Assembly: GCA_963796055.1 (NCBI GenBank)
Contig: CAWCKH010000004.1
Coordinates: forward strand, 2,944,001 to 3,008,000
DNA: 64,000 bases
DNA from: an uncultured delta proteobacterium
GTDB lineage: Bacteria > Myxococcota > Myxococcia > Myxococcales > Myxococcaceae
Direction: 5' to 3'
A program made the position numbers and the translations under genes. Of the stretch, positions 49,863 through 58,475 are shown piece by piece. The notes beneath the pieces were generated by a model. The model did no database searches, had not been told where the DNA came from, and worked only from the letters and a program-made list of their open reading frames with translations. The stretch's first letter is position 1; each line of letters begins with the position of its first letter.

Positions 49863-51935
49863 TCAGATCTTTCGGAGGTACGCGAGCAGAGCGGGAACCT
49901 CGGCGTCCGTGAACGGACGGTCTTGCACCGGAGGTACGACGCCCGGCTGGGTGGTGAGTAACGGCGCTGTCGGCGCTTGGATCGCGACGCGTTGGAAGAA
50001 CGCCTTGTAATGGTCGAGCACCTCTTCGAGCGTGGCGGCGGTGTTGCTGACGAAGTAGGGCGCGGTCTTGCTGATTCCGCGCAGGTTCGGGTTGTCGAAG
50101 TGCTCGATGTCGCCGGGGCCGCCGGGCACCGGGTAGCCGGTGAGGAGCATCCGGCCCGGATCCGACGTCGTGACGCGCGTGACGCAGGGAGGCTGGGGCG
50201 CAGGCCCTCCGCACGCAGTTCCGCTCGGCGGCACACCGCTGTTGGTGATCTCGTAGGTCCGCACGTTCGCCATCTGGCTGGGGCTGCACGGCTTGAACAG
50301 GAAGCGGGGCGGAGACACCGTATCGACCGGACGCGGGCACGGGGAAAAGATGGAGTGGTAGCGGATGAGGGCAGTGGGCGTTCCTTCCGTCCCTTGAAGG
50401 ATCGGCGTGCTGCCGCTCGGGTGGCCACCCTGGTTGCCGTGGCATTGCCCGCAGGACCGGTTGAAGACTGCCTTGCCCGCAGTTTCGAGCGCGTCCAACT
50501 CGGGATCGGGATCCGGCAGGGGAACGGTGCCCGCCGCCATCGCGTCGGAAAGGATCTCCACGCCAGGCGAGGAAAACTGGGTGCTCTGGAAGTCTGCCAC
50601 GTCGTCCAGGAAGCTCACCGGTGGGTCCACTTTGATCGCCGCGTGGGACCGGAGCGCAGCCAGCGCCTGGTTCTGCAAAGTGTCGATCCGGCCGTCGAGC
50701 TGGTAGCCCCCGCTCCGATTCGGCCCGCGGAGCGATACCGGAGCGAGGCCGTCGGGACCGGTGATGTTGACGTTGAGGATTGACGGAACGGAGCGCCAGA
50801 CGTCGGCAACGGTCTCGGAGGTCGGCCGTGCCGTCGCGGGACAAGGAACGGTCGACCCGCAATCGAGCAGCTTCACGTTTGGCGGCAGAGGAATGGTCAC
50901 TCGAATCAGACCGTTCACGGTCAGATTCGTGTAGTCGTGGGCGGCCGCGCCATTGATGCGGAAGTCGTTGGCGTCGATCGGGCGGAAGAGCGGGTCGTCC
51001 TCCCCTGAAGTGGTCATCTCGTTGAACCGCGCCAGGGCCGCCTCGGGCGTCAGCTGAAATCTCTCTGAGGGCATGTGGCAGTCGGCGCAGGCGCGCCCGT
51101 TGCCGTCCAGTCCGGCGAGGGTGCGATCGTGGAAGTTCGCCTTGCCGCGGCAGAACACGCTGTCGATCGGAGTGTGGGAGGGACCCGCAGCCACGTCGCA
51201 CGAATCGGTGGTGCATTCGTTACCGTCGTCGAGCGCGATGGGGGTGTGAATGACGACGCCGGTGACCAGATCGCACGTATCCGTCGTGCAGGCGTTGTCG
51301 TCACTTTGGACGGGACCGGGGAGGCCCAGGTGAATCTCGGTCGTTGGAAGATGCTTGTCACCACGCTGCACGTGAAGATGAAATGTGTCCGCAGTCACGA
51401 TGCTGCCTGCGACGGGAAGCGGATCGGCCGGCCCATCGCTTTCGTTGGCATCGTCATCGTCCGCGGGTTCAGCGCCCAACCTGCACTTCTTGAACACGTA
51501 CAGCAGCCCGCCGGAGCCGAAGTCACCGTTGCCGCGGTAGACACAGGTCGTAAAGGAGCCGCCTCCGCTACTGAAGCTCAGCTGCGCTCGGCCTTTCGCG
51601 GAGGCGCCGGCGGTCACCGGGATCTCGGAGGGGATGGGGAAGGTGAGGGAACCCCCAACAAAGGTGACATCGCCGTCAGTCCAGCTCTTGGGGTGGTAGG
51701 TGCGCCGCGCGTCCAGCGAAACGCCGGCGCAGGGGGACAGGGCATCGGCAACCAGGCCGCCGTGCCCGGTGCGGGCTGGTGAGGTCGGCGCGGAGGCGGG
51801 CTCCTGCCGAGCTGTCGCTCCGGGCGCTGCCGCAGGATCGATGACCCCGCACCCGGCGGCGCTGAGCAAGAGGAGCGCCGCCGCCGTTGGACAGCCAAAG
51901 TGAGTCCGGACGAGAGGTCGGCCAGGGATTCCCAT
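49863..51935 (-). CDS. Lipoprotein with Cys-rich repeats and di-haem cytochrome c peroxidase/MauG-like domain
   Basis: Lipobox AAGC; DDNACTTDTC/DDGNECTTDSC; CADCH and CGQCH; YQLDGR; PNLRGISKTAPYF. Confidence 0.85.
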   Translation of the reverse strand: MGIPGRPLVRTHFGCPTAAALLLLSAAGCGVIDPAAAPGATARQEPASAPTSPARTGHGGLVADALSPCAGVSLDARRTYHPKSWTDGDVTFVGGSLTFPIPSEIPVTAGASAKGRAQLSFSSGGGSFTTCVYRGNGDFGSGGLLYVFKKCRLGAEPADDDDANESDGPADPLPVAGSIVTADTFHLHVQRGDKHLPTTEIHLGLPGPVQSDDNACTTDTCDLVTGVVIHTPIALDDGNECTTDSCDVAAGPSHTPIDSVFCRGKANFHDRTLAGLDGNGRACADCHMPSERFQLTPEAALARFNEMTTSGEDDPLFRPIDANDFRINGAAAHDYTNLTVNGLIRVTIPLPPNVKLLDCGSTVPCPATARPTSETVADVWRSVPSILNVNITGPDGLAPVSLRGPNRSGGYQLDGRIDTLQNQALAALRSHAAIKVDPPVSFLDDVADFQSTQFSSPGVEILSDAMAAGTVPLPDPDPELDALETAGKAVFNRSCGQCHGNQGGHPSGSTPILQGTEGTPTALIRYHSIFSPCPRPVDTVSPPRFLFKPCSPSQMANVRTYEITNSGVPPSGTACGGPAPQPPCVTRVTTSDPGRMLLTGYPVPGGPGDIEHFDNPNLRGISKTAPYFVSNTAATLEEVLDHYKAFFQRVAIQAPTAPLLTTQPGVVPPVQDRPFTDAEVPALLAYLRKI

Positions 51936-51974
51936 TTGAACGCTCGCAGTGTGGAGGGAGAGGTCTCTGATCCC

Positions 51975-52003
51975 CGTACGGAATCAGTCCGGAAAAGCGG
52001 CCA
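51975..52003 (-). promoter_or_regulatory. ECF-type promoter box 1 (di-haem gene)
   Basis: TGGCCG-cttttccggactga-TTCCGTACG. Confidence 0.75.
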
Positions 52004-52079
52004 TTCCTAGGTTCTGGCCGGGCGTCGCGTCGGGTACGCTCTGGACCGCCCTGGCGCCGACGCTGGGACGCTGACTGGT

Positions 52080-52280
52080 GGATCACCGTCGCGGACCTGA
52101 ACGGGGACGGCCACAACGAGGTGATCGCCGCTGCGGGCGGAGCGTTCGTCGTCTTCCCGGGCGGGTCGGACGGCACGGTCGGCAGCGCCATCCGGTACCC
52201 GGTCCAGCAGGGTGCAACCTCGCTGGTGGCGGCCGACGTCGACGGCGATCGCGCTCCGGAGCTGGTGATGGCGGGAACTA
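52080..52280 (+). pseudogene. FG-GAP/VCBS repeat fragment
   Basis: ADLNGDGHNEV...ADVDGDRAPELV; no start, no full propeller. Confidence 0.65.
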
Positions 52281-52316
52281 GCACCACCCTCGAGCACGCC
52301 TGCACCCGCGGGGCGG

Positions 52317-52448
52317 TCAAGGCGGCGTTCGGATCTCCGTCCCCCCGGGCGGCGGCGTGCCCCTTGCGTCCTTCGAGCCGCATCCCGAGAGTGCCGCTCC
52401 AGCCCAGGCGACGGCAGCTCCCAGGAACAACGCCTCGACGACCCTCAT
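52317..52448 (-). CDS. Short (43 aa) lipoprotein or truncated lipoprotein gene
   Basis: GGAGG RBS; MRVVEALFLGAAVAWAGAALSGC lipobox; stop shortly after a G-run. Confidence 0.55.
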   Translation of the reverse strand: MRVVEALFLGAAVAWAGAALSGCGSKDARGTPPPGGTEIRTPP

Positions 52449-52484
52449 GACGGGTCCCCTCCGCGCCGGCATCCCCACAGGGCA

Positions 52485-52513
52485 CGTACGGAAGGTGCCG
52501 ACAGGACCGGCCA
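52485..52513 (-). promoter_or_regulatory. ECF-type promoter box 2 (short lipoprotein)
   Basis: TGGCCG-gtcctgtcggcacc-TTCCGTACG. Confidence 0.75.
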
Positions 52514-52587
52514 GCCGGGCAGACGGAGCGTTGAAATCCCGCCATACTTCGGCGGGACGCTGCACCCTGGAACCTGCCGAACCGGCC

Positions 52588-53160
52588 GTGGACAACGCCG
52601 ACGCACCGCTGACCGATCTCCTTCAGCTCGCCGCCCGCGGTGAACCGGGTGCGCTGGACAAGGTCTTTGCCGTCCTCTACCCGGAGCTGCGGCAGATCGC
52701 GCACGCCCGGCTCCAATCACAGGGCGGCGTCGCGCACCTCGAGACGACCGCCCTCGTCCACGAGAGCTTCCTGCGTTTCGTGGAGGCGCAGCGGCTCGCG
52801 GTCACTGGCCGCAAGCACTTCTTCACCTATGCGGCGAAGACGATGCGGAACATCATCGTCGACTTCGCGCGCGAGCAGCTCGCCGAGCGCCGTGGGGGTG
52901 GCCAGCCCACGCTGGAACTCACCCCGACGCTCGCGGGCACGGTCCGCTCGGGCGACGGGGACGTCACGCTCATCCGCATCAACGACGCTCTCCTCGAGCT
53001 GGCGAAGGTGGACCCCCTCCTCACCCAGGTCGTGGAGATGAGGTACTTTGCCGGATACACCGAGGTCGAGATCGCCGAGCTGCTGGGCTCGTCCGAGCGC
53101 ACGGTGCGACGGCAGTGGGAGAAGGCCCGGGCCTTCCTGCTGGTCAGTCTCCAGCCCTAG
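52588..53160 (+). CDS. ECF sigma factor, kinase-associated (ECF43/TIGR02999-like)
   Basis: LYPELRQIA, LETTALVHESFLR, MRNIIVDFAR...RRGGG, VVEMRYFAG, TVRRQW. Confidence 0.92.
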   Translation: MDNADAPLTDLLQLAARGEPGALDKVFAVLYPELRQIAHARLQSQGGVAHLETTALVHESFLRFVEAQRLAVTGRKHFFTYAAKTMRNIIVDFAREQLAERRGGGQPTLELTPTLAGTVRSGDGDVTLIRINDALLELAKVDPLLTQVVEMRYFAGYTEVEIAELLGSSERTVRRQWEKARAFLLVSLQP

Positions 53161-53165
53161 CAATC

Positions 53166-53194
53166 TGGCCGTTTCCGGAGCCGCGTTCCGTACG
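53166..53194 (+). promoter_or_regulatory. ECF-type promoter box 3 (kinase gene)
   Basis: TGGCCG-tttccggagccgcg-TTCCGTACG. Confidence 0.75.
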
Positions 53195-53217
53195 TGGGAG
53201 GACGAGGCGGGAGTCCG

Positions 53218-56200
53218 ATGAACGTATCGCCCGAAACCTGGCACAGCCTCTCGAGCCTGCTCGACCAGGCGCTGGACCTCGCTCCGGACGGACGGGCGGC
53301 GTGGCTCGAGGGAGTGGCCCGGACGCAGCCCACACTCGTGCCGACCCTGGTCCGGCTGCTCGAGGCCCATGCCTCGGGCGAGAAGACGGACGTGCTCGGG
53401 AGCTCGCCGGCCGCGCCCTTCGCGGCGAGCATGCCCGGCGAGGAGAACGGCCTCGGGGCCGGCGATCGCGTGGGACCGTACCGTCTGCTGAGGCCGCTCG
53501 GCTCCGGCGGCATGGCGGACGTGTGGCTCGCGGAGCGGGACGACGGCGCGTTCGCCCGGGAGGTCGCGCTCAAGCTGCCGCTGGTGAGCCGGCTCCGGCG
53601 GGATCTCGCTGTCCGCTTCGCCCGTGAGCGGGACATCCTCGCCCGCCTCGAGCATCCGCACATCGCCCGCTTCTACGACGCCGGCGTCAGCACCGACGGG
53701 CTGCCATACCTCGCAATGGAGTACGTGGACGGACGTCCAATCACGACCTGGTGCGACGAGCACCGGGTGGACCTGGCGGCCCGGATCCAGCTCTTCGCTC
53801 AGGTGCTCTCCGCGGTGCAGTTCGCGCACGCCAACCTCGTCATCCACCGGGACCTCAAACCGTCGAACATCCTGGTCACGGACGACGGCCAGGTCCGTCT
53901 CCTCGACTTCGGAATTGCCAAGCTGCTCGCCGTTGACGAGGAGCGCGCTCCGGAGACCCAGCTGACCCGGTCGAGTGGTCGGGCGTTGACCCCGGAGTAC
54001 GCGAGCCCCGAGCAGATGCGGGGAGAGGCGCTGACGATCGCCAGCGACGTCTACTCGCTGGGGGTCGTCCTCTTCGAGGTCCTGGTCGGATCGCGCCCGT
54101 ACCGGCTGAAGATCGAATCGGCCGCCCAGCTGGAAGAGGCCATTCTCGCAGCGGACCCGCTCCGGCCGAGCGCGAGCGTGACCGACGCGGCCGCGGCATC
54201 GCGTGGAGTGTCGCCGAGCCGTCTGGCGAAACAGCTCGCCGGGGACCTGGACACGATCGTTCTCAAGGCGCTGGCCAAGGCGCCCGCCGCCCGGTACGCG
54301 ACCGCGCTGGCGCTGGCCGAGGACCTGGAGCGCCACCTGCGCGGTCTGCCGGTCCTCGCACAGCGGCCTTCGGCCTGGTACCGGCTGCGCAAGTTCGTGG
54401 GCCGGAACCGCTGGCCAGTGGTCATCGGCGCCGGCGCCGCGTCGGCGCTGATCGCCGCGACGGCCATCGCCCTGGCGCAGGCGCATCGTGCGACCGAACA
54501 GCAGCGCGTTGCCCAGGAGGAGGCCCGCAAGGCGACGGCCGTGAAGGACTTCCTCGTGGAGTTCCTCGGGGTCGCGGACCCGGCGGGGACGAGTGGGAAG
54601 CCTCCGGGACAGATCACGCTGCAGGAGGCGATCGACGGCGCCACCGGCCGGATCGGATCAGCGCTCGCGGACCAGCCGGAGGCGAAGATGGCGGTCCTCG
54701 AAGCTCTGTCATCCGTCTACGAGTCGCTGGACAAGAACGAACGGAGCGCCGCCTTGCTCCGTGATGCGCTCGCCCTGTCGGAGCGTCACGACGGCGTCCC
54801 TCATCCGAACCAGGCGCGCTTCCTGATGGAGATCGCCAACATCGAGATGTTCGCCGGCCGGTCCGAGGAGTCGGGGCGCTGGCTCGACCGGGCCGAGTCA
54901 GTCTTTCGGGCGCTGGGCGACACGACGTCGCGCGCCTTCGCCAGTGCACTGAAGCTCCGTGGCAACCTCCTCCGGCGCGGTCCGGCGCCCGACTTCCAGA
55001 GTGCGACGGTGCTGCTCGAGCGATCGGCGGCGCTCTTCCGGACGCGCTACCCGCATGATGAAGGAAGGCTGGGCGCGCTGTTCTATCTGGCCCAGACTCT
55101 GCGGTCGGTCGATGCGGCGGACCGCGCGGAGGCAATTGCCGACGAGGCGGTCGCCCTGGCGGGAGAGTCGAAGATGCCGGGCTTCGACATCCCGAATGCG
55201 TACTCGCTCAGGGCGGCGATCCGGGAGAGCAACGGCGACCTCCGTGGGGCGGACACCGACTATGCGGCGGCGACCACTTTTTACGAGAAGAGCGTCGGCG
55301 ACGCGCATTTCCTCACCCTGCAGAACGCCGGACTGCACGGGATGACCCTGCTTGAGATGGGTCAACGGGACCGCGGACTGCAGATGATCGAGACGTCCAC
55401 TGCGTTGCTGGCGAAGACGCGCACCGGCAGCAACACCCACGCGGCGGCGGTGGAGCGGCTCGGGATCGCCTACGTCCTCGTCGGCAGCTTCGAGCGGGCG
55501 GATCCGCTGCTCGAGGAGGCGCGCACGCTCCTTGGAACGCGCCACGACGACCTCGTTCGGACCGGCCCCACCGTGTACCTGGCCGTCGCCCGTGCGGAGC
55601 GCGGCCGGTACCAGGAGGCGCGAGCGCTGCTGGACGAGGCGCTCGCGGTGCGTCGCGATCGGGCACACGTCTCGTGGCTTCCGGTCGCCGAGGTCCACCT
55701 CACCAAGGGCCTGGTCGCGCTCGACGAGGAGGATGCAGCCGTCGCCCGGACCGAGCTGGAGCGGGCCGTCACGCTGTCGGCCACGCGGACGCGCGGAGAC
55801 CTCTCCCGTCGCGCGCTGGCGTATGCCGGCCTGGCCACCGCGGCACAGCTCGTCGGGGACGGAGACGCGGCGCGGGCGGCCGCCGATCGCGCGGGAACCT
55901 TCGCCGCCGAGCCGTCGTTGAGCCAGATCCCGCTGCTGCAGGCGACGGTGGTCGAGGCGAAGGGGACGAGCCTCTGCCGATCCGGGCGGGCGCAGGAGGG
56001 GGAGCCGCTGCTGGCACGCGCCGCGGCGAGCGAGGCGGAGCTGTTCTCGCCCGGAAGCCCGCTGCTGGCGCGGGCGTGGCTGCTCCATGCCGAGTGCCTG
56101 GCGGCGCTCGGGCGCATCGGTGAGGCGCGCGCGCGTGTGGAGGCAGCCGCGAAGCTCCTCGCACCCGACGGGACCGCGCCGCACCTCCGGTCGCTCCTGG

Positions 56201-56244
56201 CGCACGTGCGGGCGCGCCTGGCGAGGCCCGGGCCCGGGCCGTAG
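53218..56244 (+). CDS. Membrane Ser/Thr protein kinase with extracytoplasmic TPR-like repeats
   Basis: GSGGMADV, VALK, HRDLKPSN, DFG, TPEYASPE; one TM; helical repeats. Confidence 0.95.
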   Translation: MNVSPETWHSLSSLLDQALDLAPDGRAAWLEGVARTQPTLVPTLVRLLEAHASGEKTDVLGSSPAAPFAASMPGEENGLGAGDRVGPYRLLRPLGSGGMADVWLAERDDGAFAREVALKLPLVSRLRRDLAVRFARERDILARLEHPHIARFYDAGVSTDGLPYLAMEYVDGRPITTWCDEHRVDLAARIQLFAQVLSAVQFAHANLVIHRDLKPSNILVTDDGQVRLLDFGIAKLLAVDEERAPETQLTRSSGRALTPEYASPEQMRGEALTIASDVYSLGVVLFEVLVGSRPYRLKIESAAQLEEAILAADPLRPSASVTDAAAASRGVSPSRLAKQLAGDLDTIVLKALAKAPAARYATALALAEDLERHLRGLPVLAQRPSAWYRLRKFVGRNRWPVVIGAGAASALIAATAIALAQAHRATEQQRVAQEEARKATAVKDFLVEFLGVADPAGTSGKPPGQITLQEAIDGATGRIGSALADQPEAKMAVLEALSSVYESLDKNERSAALLRDALALSERHDGVPHPNQARFLMEIANIEMFAGRSEESGRWLDRAESVFRALGDTTSRAFASALKLRGNLLRRGPAPDFQSATVLLERSAALFRTRYPHDEGRLGALFYLAQTLRSVDAADRAEAIADEAVALAGESKMPGFDIPNAYSLRAAIRESNGDLRGADTDYAAATTFYEKSVGDAHFLTLQNAGLHGMTLLEMGQRDRGLQMIETSTALLAKTRTGSNTHAAAVERLGIAYVLVGSFERADPLLEEARTLLGTRHDDLVRTGPTVYLAVARAERGRYQEARALLDEALAVRRDRAHVSWLPVAEVHLTKGLVALDEEDAAVARTELERAVTLSATRTRGDLSRRALAYAGLATAAQLVGDGDAARAAADRAGTFAAEPSLSQIPLLQATVVEAKGTSLCRSGRAQEGEPLLARAAASEAELFSPGSPLLARAWLLHAECLAALGRIGEARARVEAAAKLLAPDGTAPHLRSLLAHVRARLARPGPGP

Positions 56245-56477
56245 GCGGTCGGCAGAGCGGCTGCCACTCCGGGGGGCGACATGCGTCGTCTGGGTGTGTC
56301 TGGGGTGTGGAGGCTCGAGCGTCATCTCCACACGAGATCAAAGCCACCCGCGAGCTGACCGGTGCACATCTAATCCCGTCGAAGAGCCGCCCGTCACCGC
56401 CGAGACCAGCCAGCGCAACATAGGCGCAACATGATCGAATCAAACTTTGTAAGTTGCTGAATTATTTATTGAAAAAG

Positions 56478-56548
56478 CTGGGGAACTAGGATTCGAACCT
56501 AGATAGACAGATCCAGAGTCTGCCGTCCTGCCGTTAGACGATTCCCCA
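56478..56548 (-). tRNA. tRNA-Gln (CTG), CCA not encoded
   Basis: TGGGGAA/TTCCCCA acceptor stem, GCAGA-CTCTGGA-TCTGT anticodon arm, GGTTCGAATCC T-arm. Confidence 0.97.
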
Positions 56549-56554
56549 AGACCA

Positions 56555-56902
56555 CTACTTCTTCGGTGCCTGCTTCTTCTTCGGCGCCTTCGCCGGGACA
56601 CCTTCCGGCGGAACGACGTACACCCTGACTTCCTCGTTGGCCTCGTAGACGTTGAGGCCCGCCCAACCCTTGCCAGCCGGGTTGGCGATGTGGATCGCCT
56701 TCACCCCCGGCTGGTTGACGATCAGCCGGCGGGGGTGCGTCGCCGTCGGGTAGACCGTCTTGAAGTACTTCAGCGTGTTTTCCCAGTCCTGCGGAACCCG
56801 GTACCGCCGCTCGCCCACCTTGGAGGACTTGTCCGGCAGCTGCACGCCGTCCAGGAGCTCCGCCCGTGCCGTGCCGGCCAGCATCAGCACCGCCACGGCC
56901 AC
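56555..56902 (-). CDS. Small exported hypothetical protein
   Basis: AxA signal peptide, high GC3 codon use; start uncertain (56902 or 56962). Confidence 0.7.
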   Translation of the reverse strand: MAVAVLMLAGTARAELLDGVQLPDKSSKVGERRYRVPQDWENTLKYFKTVYPTATHPRRLIVNQPGVKAIHIANPAGKGWAGLNVYEANEEVRVYVVPPEGVPAKAPKKKQAPKK

Positions 56903-56923
56903 CGCCGCCCACGCGGAGAGCGG

Positions 56924-56952
56924 CTTATAGGAACCGACTTTTGGGGTGTCAA
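56924..56952 (-). promoter_or_regulatory. Sigma-70 promoter for small gene and tRNA-Gln
   Basis: TTGACA-17 nt-TATAAG. Confidence 0.7.
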
Positions 56953-56976
56953 GACGAGCCACGGGAACCCCCGAAT

Positions 56977-58395
56977 CTAGCGCAGCGCCACGTCGATCCG
57001 ACCCAGCGCCTCGTCCTTGCCGAGCAGCTCCAGCGTCTCTCCGATCGGCGGGCTGACGGTCGACCCCGTGACAGCCACCCGGATCGGCTGGGCCACCTTG
57101 CCCAGTCCCACCCCCGCCGACTCGGCCAGTGACTTGAGCACCGGGTCGATGGCCGACGCGGCCCACGGACTCAGCGGAGCGAGCGCCTCCCGAGCCTTCC
57201 GGAGCAGCGCCTTTCCCGCGTCGTCCAGATGCTTGGCCACGGCCTTGGGGTCCATCTCCGCACGGACGAAGAACGGCCGTGCCAGCTCCGCCATCTCCAC
57301 CAGAGTCTTGCTTCGCTCGCGCAGCGCGACGACGACGCGCGGAAGCCGCGGGTCCCCGGCGGCGTTCACCCCGCGCTCCGCCAGGAACGGGACCAGCCGC
57401 TGCGCCACGTCCGCCTCGGGCAAGGTCTTGAGGTAGTGCTGGTTGAGCCAGAGCAGCTTCTCGGGGTTCCACACCCCCGAGGTGCTTCCCACGTGGTCGA
57501 AGCCGAACCACTGGACCATCTGCTCGCGGGAGATGATCTCCTCGTTCCCATGGCTCCACCCCAGCCGCACGATGAAGTTCAGCAGCGCCTCGGGGAGGAT
57601 GCCGTTCTTCTTGTGCAGCATCACGTCCGCCTCGGGGTGGCGGCGCTTGCTGAGCTTCTCGCGGTCCGGGCCGAGGATCAGCGGTAGGTGCGCGAAGTCC
57701 GGCGTCTTCCAGCCCAGCGCCCGGTAGACCAGGAGCTGCGGAAAGGTGGAGTTGATGTGCTCCTGGCCCCGGATGACCAGGGTGATCTCCATCGCGTGGT
57801 CGTCCACCACCGCGCCGAAGTTGTAGAGCGGGATGCCGTCGGCCCGGAGCATCACGAAGTCGTCCAGGTCGCTGGTCTGCTTGGAGATCCTCCCGATGAC
57901 CCGGTCCTCGAAGGTCAGCGTCTCGTCCGCGTCCGGCATCCGGAAGCGCACCACCGCGGTGCGGCCCGGTACCGGCTCCGTCCGGTTCCGGCAAGTCCCC
58001 TCGTACTTGTAGGGCCGCTTCTGCCGTTCGAAGACCTTCCGCCGCTCCTCCAGCTCCTCCTTGGTGCAGTAGCAGAGGTACGCCTTCTTCTCGGCGACCA
58101 GCCGGTCCGCCGCCGCCCGGTACGTCGCCAGCCGCTCGGTCTGGAAGTAGGGTGCATAGGGTCCGCCCACCTCGGGACCCTCGTCCCAGTCGAGCCCCAG
58201 CCACCGCAGGCCGTCGAGGATCGCCTGCACCGACTCGACGGTCGACCGCTCGCGGTCCGTGTCCTCGACCCTCAGGACGAAGCGGCCGTGCTCGCGCCGG
58301 GCCTCCAGCCAGTTGAAGAGCGCGGTGCGTGCGCCGCCGATGTGCAGGTAGCCGGTGGGCGAGGGGGCGAACCGGACTCGGGGGGGTGTGGCCAT
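56977..58395 (-). CDS. gltX: Glutamate--tRNA ligase
   Basis: RFAPSPTG.LHIGG, RVEDTD, KLSKR. Confidence 0.97.
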   Translation of the reverse strand: MATPPRVRFAPSPTGYLHIGGARTALFNWLEARREHGRFVLRVEDTDRERSTVESVQAILDGLRWLGLDWDEGPEVGGPYAPYFQTERLATYRAAADRLVAEKKAYLCYCTKEELEERRKVFERQKRPYKYEGTCRNRTEPVPGRTAVVRFRMPDADETLTFEDRVIGRISKQTSDLDDFVMLRADGIPLYNFGAVVDDHAMEITLVIRGQEHINSTFPQLLVYRALGWKTPDFAHLPLILGPDREKLSKRRHPEADVMLHKKNGILPEALLNFIVRLGWSHGNEEIISREQMVQWFGFDHVGSTSGVWNPEKLLWLNQHYLKTLPEADVAQRLVPFLAERGVNAAGDPRLPRVVVALRERSKTLVEMAELARPFFVRAEMDPKAVAKHLDDAGKALLRKAREALAPLSPWAASAIDPVLKSLAESAGVGLGKVAQPIRVAVTGSTVSPPIGETLELLGKDEALGRIDVALR

Positions 58396-58475
58396 GCGGA
58401 GCCCGCGGGATTAACAGCGCCGCCCCCGGGGGGTCAACGCACGCACAGGGGTTCCCGTGCTACGCGTGCGAGGAC

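Larger units (their letters stand above)
49496..56497. mobile_element. 7-kb tRNA-Gln-integrated genomic islet (no integrase inside)
   Basis: 22-bp terminal direct repeats; GCGCAACA doublets at 49639-49657 and 56413-56431; IHF-like site 56450-56462. Confidence 0.85.
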
